Source: Candidatus Levyibacteriota bacterium
GTDB taxonomy: Bacteria > Patescibacteriota > Microgenomatia > Levybacterales > UBA12049
Assembly (NCBI GenBank): GCA_016186625.1
Contig: JACPLG010000008.1
Span: forward strand, 147,142-211,141
Direction of reading: 5' to 3'
Length of the DNA stretch: 64,000 bases
Shown here: positions 28,424 to 37,271 of the stretch, in pieces
Position numbering within the stretch: the stretch's first letter is position 1
Layout: each line of letters starts with the position of its first letter
Position numbers and translations under genes: made by a program
The notes under the pieces: generated by a model
Seen by the model: the letters and a program-made list of their open reading frames with translations, nothing else
Database searches by the model: none
Told to the model about the DNA's origin: nothing

Positions 28424-31078
28424 TTAAGCAGATAATGCTTTTATGAAGGATTTTACTTTTTCGCTGGGAAGTGACTTAAATATATCCTGTATAAGAAGTA
28501 TTATAAATGCAGAAAAAAGCGGCAACAACCATAAGGCTGGAGATAAAGGAGCAGTGGAAAATACAGTCCTTGCCGGAGTATAAAGTATTAAAATTGTGGC
28601 GGAGATGGATAAAATTGATGCTATAAAAAGGTATTTATTTATGAAAAGCGAACGCGTAAGGACTCTTTTTCTGAAAGAGCGGAAGCTGTATGCGTTCACA
28701 ACCTCAAGAAGTATTATGGTAACCAGGGCTGAGGTTCTTGCAACATCGGTACTCTGGCCAAAAATATTAAAAGTTATGTAATAAACCAAAAGCGCCGAGA
28801 CTGCCATAAAGCTTCCTAAAAAAATGATTACTCCAATATGGAGCTTATTAAGAATTGACGATCTTTTTCTGGGAGGGTAAGTCATAATATCCCCCGAAGA
28901 CGGGTTTAGCCCCAGGGTGATAGCCGGCATATTGTCTGTAACTAAATTTAAAAATAATATCTGAAGCGCAAGAAGGACCGGCACCTCCCAACCAAGAATA
29001 GGAGAGAGGAGAACTCCGACAAAGATTATACTCAGCTCCGCAAAATTATCACAAAGCTGATAGGTCACAAATTTTCTTATGTTATTAAATATAGTCCTGC
29101 CTTCTCTTATGGCGCTTACTATGGTTGCGAAATTATCATCTTTGAGCGTTAGGTCGGCAACAGATCTTGTCACATCTGTTCCGTTTTTACCCATTGCAAC
29201 GCCTATATGAGCCTCCTTTAGCGCTGGGGCATCATTAACCCCGTCTCCTGTCATAGTTACTATTTCCCCGTTTTTCTTAAGAGAGCGGACAAGTCTTAGC
29301 TTATGTTCCGGATTCACTCTTGCAAATATGGCCGTATCCAAAACCGCGGATTTCAATTCCTCATCCGACATCTTATCAATTTGCTCTCCGGTTAATATGT
29401 TTCCCGTGATATCCACCTGTTTTCCTATGGCCTCAGCTGTCTCACTACTATCACCGGTAATCATTTTTACTTTTATTTGCGCTTTTCTGCAGATATCTAT
29501 TGATTCTTTTATTTCATCTCTGGGGGGATCTTCAAGTGCCACAATTCCTAAGAAAACAAGATTTTCTTCCGAATAGTCGGTGGCACTGCCATCATTTGGT
29601 TTGTACGCTATTGCAAGCGTTCTCAATGCTTTTTCCGAAAGTTGCGAGTTAATTCTAAGGATATCTTTTTTCCTTTCTTCGGTAAGTCCTACCTCTTGGC
29701 CATTTTCAATAGTTTTTTTGCATTTGCCGATAATTATTTCTGTTGCTCCTTTTGCGTAAACAAAATTTCCGCTCCCTTCTTTTATCAGAACCGACATCAT
29801 TTTCCTCTCAGGGCTAAACGGTGTTTCTTGTTTCCTTTCTGCATTAAAGCTGTCGGCAAAAATTCCCGCCTTAATACCAAGGATCAAAAGCGCACCCTCA
29901 GTTTGATTTCCCAAAACGCTATATTCATCCCCGTCTTTCTCCTTTTCTATCTTTGAGTCATTGCATAAAATTGATGCTCTTATAAGAAGGCTCAAATATT
30001 TATCATTTTTAATGTCAATACTATTATTGTTTTTTTCGATTCTGCCCTCAGATTTATATCCAACGCCGCTCACTAAATATATGTCTTTATCAATAATAAT
30101 TTTCCTTACTGTCATCTCTCCTACTGTGAGAGTGCCTGTTTTATCTGTACAGATAATGGTGGTTTCCCCAAGAGTTTCAATTATAGACATTCTGTTTACT
30201 ATGGCGTTTTGTTTTGCCATGCGCTGTGCTCCTACGGCAAGTGTTGTAATTAAAACCACAGGAAAACCTTCAGGAAAGGCCGAAACGGAAAGGGCAATAA
30301 TAAGTATGAGTATCTCGGTTATGTGTTCCGCGGATAATGACGGAACCCGCATAAGCATTATCGCGCCGGTTGCTAAAGAAATAGAAATTGCAATTCCCAC
30401 CATAACTTTTGAGATGCTGTTAACTTTATCTTGGAGCGGCAATTCTTTTTCTACGGTTGAAATAAGTCCCGCTATTTGACCGAATTTGGTATCCATACCG
30501 GTATGAATAACTTTGGCAAAACACTTTCCGTTTACGAGGAAAGAGCCCATATACAACATATTTTTCTTGTCGTATTTATCCTCGGAAAGAACTTCCCGTT
30601 TTTCTATATCAGCCGACTCACCGGTAAGCACAGCCTCATTAACCTCTACATCTTCCCCCTCAATTAGTATGCAGTCCGCGGGAATTTTTTCTCCGCTTCT
30701 TAGAACAAGAATATCTCCAACTACTATCTCTGTTGTTGAAATCTCTTTCTCCTCCCCGTTTCTTACAACAGCGGTTAAGGGAAGTATCATCTTTTTAAGA
30801 GCCGCTATTGCTTTTTCCGCTCTATATTCCTGTATAAACCCCGTTGATACAACCAAAAAAACAACACCCAATATAACTGCACCTGTTATTTGTTTTCCTA
30901 CGGCAAAAGAAATTATTGCAGCAGCCAAAAGAAGATAGAAAATAAAATTTTTTCTAATTTGCCTGAAAAGAATCCTAAAAGGAGAAGTCTTTGAAACTTC
31001 CTTTATTTCATTGGGACCGTATTCCTTGAGTCTTTTAGCAGCCTCTATATCTGATAGGCCTATGATTTCTTTCTTCAT
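28424..31078 (-). CDS. P-type cation-transporting ATPase (P2A, Ca2+-type)
   Basis: LTGES, PEG, DKTGTLT, MITGD, GDGVNDAPALK, NLVTD. Confidence 0.95.
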   Translation of the reverse strand: MKKEIIGLSDIEAAKRLKEYGPNEIKEVSKTSPFRILFRQIRKNFIFYLLLAAAIISFAVGKQITGAVILGVVFLVVSTGFIQEYRAEKAIAALKKMILPLTAVVRNGEEKEISTTEIVVGDILVLRSGEKIPADCILIEGEDVEVNEAVLTGESADIEKREVLSEDKYDKKNMLYMGSFLVNGKCFAKVIHTGMDTKFGQIAGLISTVEKELPLQDKVNSISKVMVGIAISISLATGAIMLMRVPSLSAEHITEILILIIALSVSAFPEGFPVVLITTLAVGAQRMAKQNAIVNRMSIIETLGETTIICTDKTGTLTVGEMTVRKIIIDKDIYLVSGVGYKSEGRIEKNNNSIDIKNDKYLSLLIRASILCNDSKIEKEKDGDEYSVLGNQTEGALLILGIKAGIFADSFNAERKQETPFSPERKMMSVLIKEGSGNFVYAKGATEIIIGKCKKTIENGQEVGLTEERKKDILRINSQLSEKALRTLAIAYKPNDGSATDYSEENLVFLGIVALEDPPRDEIKESIDICRKAQIKVKMITGDSSETAEAIGKQVDITGNILTGEQIDKMSDEELKSAVLDTAIFARVNPEHKLRLVRSLKKNGEIVTMTGDGVNDAPALKEAHIGVAMGKNGTDVTRSVADLTLKDDNFATIVSAIREGRTIFNNIRKFVTYQLCDNFAELSIIFVGVLLSPILGWEVPVLLALQILFLNLVTDNMPAITLGLNPSSGDIMTYPPRKRSSILNKLHIGVIIFLGSFMAVSALLVYYITFNIFGQSTDVARTSALVTIILLEVVNAYSFRSFRKRVLTRSLFINKYLFIASILSISATILILYTPARTVFSTAPLSPALWLLPLFSAFIILLIQDIFKSLPSEKVKSFIKALSA

Positions 31079-31148
31079 CTATCTATCGTATATAAATACT
31101 GGGACTAAATTCAAGGTTAGTTTGATTTTTTTGCAGTTAGTAATACAC

Positions 31149-32147
31149 TTACCAATTTCTTAAGAAAAAGGAAGCTACAGTAAAATAAACAACAATGCTT
31201 AATATATCCCGAATTACAGTAGCAAGAGGACCCGATCCTATTGCAGGATCAACCTTAAATCTGTCAAATACAAGGGGCAGGATAATCCCAACAATAGAGG
31301 ATAAAATAATCGTAAGAATAAATGATACTGAGATAATTAAGGCAAGTGTTAGGTTTCCCCAAAAAATTTGGGATATAACACCCGCCGCAGCGCCAATAAT
31401 AACTCCAATCAAAATACTTATGGCCAGCTCACGCCACATATATTTCATGAATGAGAGGTTTTTATCAAGCACAAGGCTTCTTATTATGATTGTTTGCGAC
31501 TGAACTCCTACGGCATCTCCTATATAAACAACCGCAGGTAAAAAAGCTGTAAGCAAAATCATTTGCCTAATTAAAGAATCAAATCCGCTGACAATTATTG
31601 CAGCAAAAATTCCGCCAATCAGTCCAACAATTAACCATGGAAGTCTTACTTTTATGTGGTCTGATACCGATGCATCAATTAGCTTAATCTCAGGATTGTT
31701 AAGTCTTCCGATTCCAGCAGTGTAGAGCATGTCCTCAACATTTTCCTCATGTAAAATATTAAGTATAGTATCAGATGTAATAACACCTAAAAACTTACCA
31801 TCCTTATCAATTACCGGTACAGCTTTTATGTTGTTTTTTACGGCCAGTAGTGCAGCTTTCTCCTGCGGGGAATGACCTCTCACAGTGATTAAATCAGTTG
31901 TCATTATGCCGGACAGTCGTGTATCACTCGCGTTTCTGAATATTTCCTTAATCGAAACTATTCCTCTTAGGTTATTTTTTTCATTCAGGATGTATATATA
32001 ATTTACGGAGTCATACTGATCAATTTTTTCAGTACTGAGAAGTTTTTCCGCTTCTCCAACTGTTGTAGTTGAAGATACTGTTGGAACTTTGCTTGTAGCA
32101 ACAAGATTGGCCATTTTTTTACCAACAGCGCTCCTATCATTGTCCAT
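31149..32147 (-). CDS. mgtE: Magnesium transporter MgtE (CBS pair + membrane domain)
   Basis: CBS domains, RLPWL, DPAIGSGPLATVIRD; start moved to MDNDRS. Confidence 0.88.
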   Translation of the reverse strand: MDNDRSAVGKKMANLVATSKVPTVSSTTTVGEAEKLLSTEKIDQYDSVNYIYILNEKNNLRGIVSIKEIFRNASDTRLSGIMTTDLITVRGHSPQEKAALLAVKNNIKAVPVIDKDGKFLGVITSDTILNILHEENVEDMLYTAGIGRLNNPEIKLIDASVSDHIKVRLPWLIVGLIGGIFAAIIVSGFDSLIRQMILLTAFLPAVVYIGDAVGVQSQTIIIRSLVLDKNLSFMKYMWRELAISILIGVIIGAAAGVISQIFWGNLTLALIISVSFILTIILSSIVGIILPLVFDRFKVDPAIGSGPLATVIRDILSIVVYFTVASFFLRNW

Positions 32148-32228
32148 GATTTTAGTATAACAAGTTTTTTGGTACACTAAATGTCTAAAAATTGATAGCA
32201 AGTTCAGATGGATTGTTATAATCGTTCT

Positions 32229-33209
32229 ATGAAAAACGTTACTAAAAAAAGAGCTTCACTAAATAGAATTAATTATGCAGGAAGCTTAGAGCCTGTAGTC
32301 GAACGTCTAGGTAAATTTTTTAAAATAGGCCAAGTCCAGGATTACTTGGTGATTGATATAGGATATGGTGACTGCAACGTAATAGTTAAAACAAATAAAG
32401 GCAAGTTTCTCGCAAAAATCTTTCAAAAAGAAAGAACACAACAAAACATAGTCCGTTATGTAAAGATCATGCAAAAGGTTTTAGAAGCCGGTGTTAAACA
32501 CCCATTTTTAGTCAAAAATCAACTGGGGAAAATAATATTTTATGATAGACACTTTAGTGGATTAAAACTTGTCTTAATGGATTATATTGAAGGTAAAACA
32601 CTTTACGAGTTAAATCGTAAGCCTAATTCTAACGAACTTAAAAAAATTGTTGAGCAGACAGCTAAAATTAACAGTATTAGTTACCGACCAAGTTATATTT
32701 TTGATTCATGGGCTATACCAAATATAGGAAGAATTTTTAATAATACAAAAAAATTTATTGACAGAAGTGATTTACCGTTAATTGAAAGAGTTATTAAGAG
32801 ATTTAATATAATTCCCATTAACTTACTGCCGAAGTGTTTTGTACATGGAGATCTTACAAAGACCAATGTTTTAAAGTCTGATAATGGTGATATTTATATT
32901 TTAGATTTCTCCATTGCTAACTGGTATCCAAGAATACAAGAACTTGCAGTTATAATCACTAATCTCTTGTATGATGAGCATGAATCTAGCAATTTGAAAG
33001 AAAAATCCGAACTTATTATAAAAGAATATGGAAAATTTAAGCGGTTAACTACAGAAGAACATAAATGGTTATATGATTACTCCCTAGCAGCTTTAGCAAT
33101 GGAAATTTTAGGAGCGCTCCAGGAAAAGTATATAAATAATAATGACACAGAAGAAACAGACTATTTACTAAAACTTGGTAGAGTAAGCTTGCGAAGGGAA
33201 TTTAACTGA
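32229..33209 (+). CDS. Aminoglycoside phosphotransferase / type II homoserine kinase family protein
   Basis: HGDLTKTNVL and ILDF motifs; visibly AT-rich. Confidence 0.8.
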   Translation: MKNVTKKRASLNRINYAGSLEPVVERLGKFFKIGQVQDYLVIDIGYGDCNVIVKTNKGKFLAKIFQKERTQQNIVRYVKIMQKVLEAGVKHPFLVKNQLGKIIFYDRHFSGLKLVLMDYIEGKTLYELNRKPNSNELKKIVEQTAKINSISYRPSYIFDSWAIPNIGRIFNNTKKFIDRSDLPLIERVIKRFNIIPINLLPKCFVHGDLTKTNVLKSDNGDIYILDFSIANWYPRIQELAVIITNLLYDEHESSNLKEKSELIIKEYGKFKRLTTEEHKWLYDYSLAALAMEILGALQEKYINNNDTEETDYLLKLGRVSLRREFN

Positions 33210-33239
33210 AATACCTCTGAATAGAGTCTTCTGCCTTAC

Positions 33240-33257
33240 AGTACCGCGTAGGGGAGT
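33240..33257 (-). repeat. 18-bp inverted copy of the tRNA-Glu 3' end (att-like)
   Basis: Reverse complement actcccctacgcggtact is identical to 34451-34468. Confidence 0.8.
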
Positions 33258-33259
33258 TC

Positions 33260-33400
33260 CTTCGGCTCCGCTCAGGGTAAACTTCTCATCTCCCAGCACT
33301 TCGCCAAAACTCAGCTTGCACTGAGCCGATTCGGTCTGAGCGGGTTCGACGTCCTGAGCTCACCGTCGAAGGACTCACGGTCGAATGACTTGCCGAAGTG
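33260..33400. repeat. Nested CTGAGC...CGAAG palindromic repeats (family C)
   Basis: cactgagc[..gtctgagc[..tcctgagctcaccgtcgaagga]..gtcgaatgac]ttgccgaagtg. Confidence 0.7.
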
Positions 33401-33472
33401 TGAGCCGTGGGGGATTCGAACCCTCGACCAAGAGCTTAAAAGGCTCCTGCTCTACCACTGAGCTAACGGCCC
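33401..33472 (-). tRNA. tRNA-Lys(TTT)
   Basis: gggccgttagctcagtggtagagcaggagc-ctTTTaa-gctcttggtcgagggttcgaatcccccacggctca cloverleaf. Confidence 0.95.
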
Positions 33473-33690
33473 TAAACGGGACAAAACTATTATACTATTT
33501 TGAGCGCAAACTTGACAAGCTTAAGTATAAAGGAATATATTGCCTTTAAGATATAAACGGTCCTCCTGCTTTTGCCGTTCGCCTTTTCAGTTCTATTCGA
33601 ACACGGCTCACGGAGCAAGCTTTGAAGGACATAAGATACTCTAGAAACTCATAAATTCGTTAAGAGTTTCTAATGAAAGGGGGTGATAAA

Positions 33691-34353
33691 ATGCTAGAAG
33701 AGACGAGAAATGCCCTAATTAGCTCTCTTAATACAAATATACAAGCTGTTGTAAATTTTGTTCCCGGACTCATTGCAGGACTTCTGATACTTCTAATAGG
33801 AATCGTAATTGGATCTATTGCAAAACAGTTAATTTTAAGCGCAGCAAAATCACTAAGAATTGATACATATCTAAAAAGATATGGAGTCCCTGAGCTCCGA
33901 GAAAATTATACATGGAGCAATATTTTGGCTGAAATTACAAGGTGGTTTGTAATAATCGTATTCTTAATTCCAACAGCTGATGTTTGGAGACTTCCCAGAA
34001 TAGGTACACTTCTTAACGAATTGTTATTCTATCTCCCAAACGTATTTGTTGCAGTAATAATTGCTCTTGTTGGATTTGTCCTTTCACGACTTGCGCATGA
34101 CGTAATCCTTGCCTCCGTTAAAGGAATTACAAAAGAATCTGCCAATATGGTTGCAACATCTGCTCAATGGGTAATTAATGGATTCGTAATTCTGGCTGTC
34201 TTAAACCAACTGGGAGTAGCATCGGATTTAATTAGAATATTATTTACCGGAATTGTTGCCATGGTGGCACTAGCAGGAGGAATTGCGTTTGGTCTAGGCG
34301 GACAAGAGAACGCGAGAGACATTCTTGATGGCATCCGTAAAAGACTTAGGTAA
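33691..34353 (+). CDS. Conserved TM helix repeat protein (CmpX / small mechanosensitive channel-associated)
   Basis: FVPGLIAGLLILLIG, YLPNVFVA, ALAGGIAFGLGG; RBS AAAGGGGGTGA before MLEE. Confidence 0.85.
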   Translation: MLEETRNALISSLNTNIQAVVNFVPGLIAGLLILLIGIVIGSIAKQLILSAAKSLRIDTYLKRYGVPELRENYTWSNILAEITRWFVIIVFLIPTADVWRLPRIGTLLNELLFYLPNVFVAVIIALVGFVLSRLAHDVILASVKGITKESANMVATSAQWVINGFVILAVLNQLGVASDLIRILFTGIVAMVALAGGIAFGLGGQENARDILDGIRKRLR

Positions 34354-34392
34354 TTTGTTTGAAGCTACCGTTTTAGAGTATAATATGAGTGC

Positions 34393-34466
34393 GCCGCGTT
34401 CGTCTAGTGGTCTAGGACACCTGGTTTTCAGCCAGGGAATCAGGGGTTCGACTCCCCTACGCGGTA
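34393..34466 (+). tRNA. tRNA-Glu(TTC)
   Basis: gccgcgttcgtctagtggtctaggaca-cctgg-ttTTCag-ccagg...ggttcgactcccctacgcggta. Confidence 0.95.
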
Positions 34467-34515
34467 CTTAATCCTATAGTTTGATTAACTTCTGAGTTTT
34501 TGATAAAATTCATTC

Positions 34516-34893
34516 ATGAGTAATCCGGAAAATGTTTCAAATTTCCCGCCTTCAAAAGTTATGCCCATGCAAGATTTGAGGTCGGCTCTATGGAGTCATG
34601 ATGCAGATAGAGCAACACGGGCATTGGTGCAGCTGGATAGAGTTTTAGTCCCTGATTACGAAAGCGTACACAGAGAAAGACTACTAGACCCTTTGTTCAT
34701 TGACGAAGTTAGGGAAATGGTTGCTGAGTGCCTAGATTCTGCAAGAAGGCGAAAAAAGTTAGGATATCTATTTTTTCTCACAGATGCAACTTTTTCATCT
34801 ATTGTCTTAAGGACTAAAGGTACAAGGCTGAACCCGGTTTTATCGGATTTTTCATCAGAAAGCGTCAAATCAAGATGGGAGAAAATAGCATAA
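34516..34893 (+). CDS. Hypothetical protein
   Basis: 125-aa ORF with upstream TAAAAT -10; no recognised motif. Confidence 0.5.
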   Translation: MSNPENVSNFPPSKVMPMQDLRSALWSHDADRATRALVQLDRVLVPDYESVHRERLLDPLFIDEVREMVAECLDSARRRKKLGYLFFLTDATFSSIVLRTKGTRLNPVLSDFSSESVKSRWEKIA

Positions 34894-34989
34894 ATATTGC
34901 GGGACTTATCCCGTCAGAGCAAGGAAAGGAGGTGAAAAGTTCAATATAGAAAATGATGGATTAGATTGGGATTGTGCTATAATGCGCTC

Positions 34990-35871
34990 ATGGCAAGAAG
35001 AGGAAGACCCAGAAAAACACCAATTAATCCTGTTGTGCCAGCCCAAACTCAGCAAACTTCTATTCCAACAGAAGCATTTCTGTATTTTCTAATCCCAGAT
35101 GGAAAATCAATTAATGCAGATTCTGTGAATAGTGTAAAAAATGCAATCAGATCCGCTACTCTAAAAAAACTAAACTTTGTGGTCCAATCTGGTGGTGGCG
35201 ATCTTTATTCCGCAGTTAAGGTAATTCGCATTTTGAGGACAAAATTTACAAATATAATTGGTGTAGTTCCCACAAAAGCCATGAGCGCTGCGACGTTAAT
35301 GCTTCTGGGAACTGACGAGATTTATATGAGTGAAGAATCGCAATTAGGTCCTTTAGATTTACTTATGGAGCACCCAGTTGATGGTAGTATCATATCGGCA
35401 GTAGATGTTGTAGATACCCTCAACCACTTATCATCTACTACCATGAATAATGCTGTTGAAATGTATGAAAAAATGAGAGATTTACCTAATGGGGAGATTA
35501 TTGGAAAAAACCATGCGATGAAATTTGCTCTTGAGTCTACTATCGAGATAATTAAGGAAATATCAGCACAAATAGATCCTTATCATCGACAGAAAGCATT
35601 AAGAAAGCTTAAAATTGCTCAATGGTATGCTTACGATCTCCTTAGAACTGGTATGATGAAAACAGGAGCGAATCCTATGCGAACTGCAATAACATTTGTT
35701 TATAGCTTTCCAGACCATAACTATGCTATTTTTAAGGAAGATGCCAGAGACATGCTCCAATTAATAATAAAAGATTCAACGAGTTATCCATTTTGGAACG
35801 ATGTATGTACGGAAACTGAAAATTTGCTTCGTGGAGCAAAAAAACCAATAATAAACTATATTGAAAAATAA
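34990..35871 (+). CDS. SDH-family (ClpP/crotonase-fold) serine protease, IS cargo
   Basis: QSGGG, AMSAATLMLLGTDEIYM..SQLGPLD, DHNYAI; TGnTATAAT 6 nt upstream of MARRG. Confidence 0.8.
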   Translation: MARRGRPRKTPINPVVPAQTQQTSIPTEAFLYFLIPDGKSINADSVNSVKNAIRSATLKKLNFVVQSGGGDLYSAVKVIRILRTKFTNIIGVVPTKAMSAATLMLLGTDEIYMSEESQLGPLDLLMEHPVDGSIISAVDVVDTLNHLSSTTMNNAVEMYEKMRDLPNGEIIGKNHAMKFALESTIEIIKEISAQIDPYHRQKALRKLKIAQWYAYDLLRTGMMKTGANPMRTAITFVYSFPDHNYAIFKEDARDMLQLIIKDSTSYPFWNDVCTETENLLRGAKKPIINYIEK

Positions 35872-36046
35872 AATGCTATTTAATTTTTTGGAAGATACTA
35901 ATAAAGAAAAAAAGAAAAAAGAAAAGAAATTGCCTATAAGTGCTGAAATTACGAAGGATGCAGATAGGGTAACAGCCAGAGAGTTAGATGAATTTTTTAG
36001 AGAAGGAAAGGGTTTGGATGATGAAAAAGAAAAAACTTCTGCCTAA
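35861..36046 (+). CDS. Small charged hypothetical protein, IS cargo
   Basis: 61-aa Lys/Glu-rich ORF overlapping the protease stop. Confidence 0.4.
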   Translation: MKNKMLFNFLEDTNKEKKKKEKKLPISAEITKDADRVTARELDEFFREGKGLDDEKEKTSA

Positions 36047-36108
36047 AGACAAAAAACTTAAAAACTGGCTCAAACAGGGTGGTCGGGAGAACTCTAAAAA
36101 AGACTTCT

Positions 36109-37011
36109 TTACTTTACTAAAACGGGCTGTATCGCTTTAACTTCCGCCACTTGCTTTAATAATCTTTCAAACATCAATCCTAAATATAATCGGTTATTGT
36201 ATCTCCAAGTGTATTCGTCAATGTAAGCCTGTAAATACTTTTTGCTAACTTTTCTATAAACTCCGTATATTCCTCTTTTCAAGTGAGACCACAAGTTCTC
36301 AACGCTGTTTGTGTGAAATAAATGCTGTCTGACATATTCTTTATTGGAATGATTTACGGTGTAGTGTTTATCAAATCCATGCTCGTATAGGTTTTTATAT
36401 GAACCAAGCTCATCGGTCATTATATGGGCTTTAGGGTCTACGTTCTGTTTTATTTGATTGATTAAAGTCCACTTACCAGTATTAGGAATACGCTTTGCAA
36501 AAGCTGTTCCTTTTCTTTTAACTATACCCATTACAATTTCTTTCTCTTCTACTCCGCCGTGCCATTCATAAGCTCGGTTTTTTCCTTTACCGCCGATATA
36601 TGTTTCGTCTATTTCAACAATCCCGTCTAAAAGCGAGGGTTCTTGTACCATTAAGGTTCTTATTTGCTTAAACATACGCCATGCGGTCTTATAGGTAACG
36701 CCCAACAATCTCTCTAGCTGTTTGGCGGATATTCCGCTTCTAGTCTGAACTATAAGGTACATAGCAAAAAACCATAAGTCTAAAGGAGTCGTAGATTTCT
36801 CAAAGATTGTTCCTGCTAACGGATAGATTTGATAACCACAAAACTTACAAGCAAATGAGGTTCTGCCTGTTACTGGATAGAAAACTGATAGCCTTTTGCA
36901 AGAGGGGCAATCCATGTCATCGGGGTATTTGAGCTTTTTAATAGCTTCAAGGCACTTTTCGTGTGTACCATATTTCCATTTGAATTGTCGGAGGCTAAAT
37001 CTACTCGTCAT
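36109..37011 (-). CDS. IS1595-family DDE transposase
   Basis: Zn ribbon CPSC..CKFC, ISAKQLERLLGVTYKTAWRM, VEIDETYIGG, IMTD, HTNSVENLWS, YIDEYTWRYN. Confidence 0.95.
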   Translation of the reverse strand: MTSRFSLRQFKWKYGTHEKCLEAIKKLKYPDDMDCPSCKRLSVFYPVTGRTSFACKFCGYQIYPLAGTIFEKSTTPLDLWFFAMYLIVQTRSGISAKQLERLLGVTYKTAWRMFKQIRTLMVQEPSLLDGIVEIDETYIGGKGKNRAYEWHGGVEEKEIVMGIVKRKGTAFAKRIPNTGKWTLINQIKQNVDPKAHIMTDELGSYKNLYEHGFDKHYTVNHSNKEYVRQHLFHTNSVENLWSHLKRGIYGVYRKVSKKYLQAYIDEYTWRYNNRLYLGLMFERLLKQVAEVKAIQPVLVK

Positions 37012-37018
37012 TGAAGCT

Positions 37019-37047
37019 AGTATAGCATACTATTTACTTGTTGTCAA
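37019..37047 (-). promoter_or_regulatory. Transposase promoter just inside the IS end
   Basis: TTGACA-17 nt-TATACT, 7 nt before ATG. Confidence 0.75.
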
Positions 37048-37126
37048 GGGATAAGTGCCAATATTGCTATCTTTTGACATATTTTGCCCTATTGACTTGG
37101 CCTTAGATTATATGTACCATGTATTT

Positions 37127-37210
37127 TACCCTCTAATACGAAAGTATTAAAAGGCAGGAAGTCTGGAGCAATCCAGACCGCCCCGAAAAAGCCCCGCAAG
37201 GGGTTTTTTT
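37127..37210 (+). ncRNA. Candidate small structured RNA with own promoter and terminator
   Basis: TTGACT-17-TACCAT at 37092-37120; hairpins taatac-gaaa-gtatta and gtctgga-gcaa-tccagac; terminator gcccc-gcaa-ggggttttttt. Confidence 0.5.
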
Positions 37211-37271
37211 GATGGGAAAATAGCAACTTTTTGTTTGTTCCAATTTTCTCTTTCAACTATAATTAGATGTC

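Larger units (their letters stand above)
34901..37059 (-). mobile_element. IS1595-family element with passenger genes
   Basis: Terminal IRs GG(G/C)ACTTATCCC at 34901 and 37059; 8-bp direct repeat AATATTGC at 34893-34900 and 37060-37067. Confidence 0.92.

Noticed and set aside
33555-33672. Structured leader before the CmpX-like gene as a riboswitch
   Set aside because: No known aptamer consensus; looks like decayed palindromic repeats plus one AT-rich hairpin.
37145-37190. Cobalamin riboswitch
   Set aside because: Only partial 5' resemblance; no B12 box and no B12-related downstream gene. Kept as an unknown RNA candidate.
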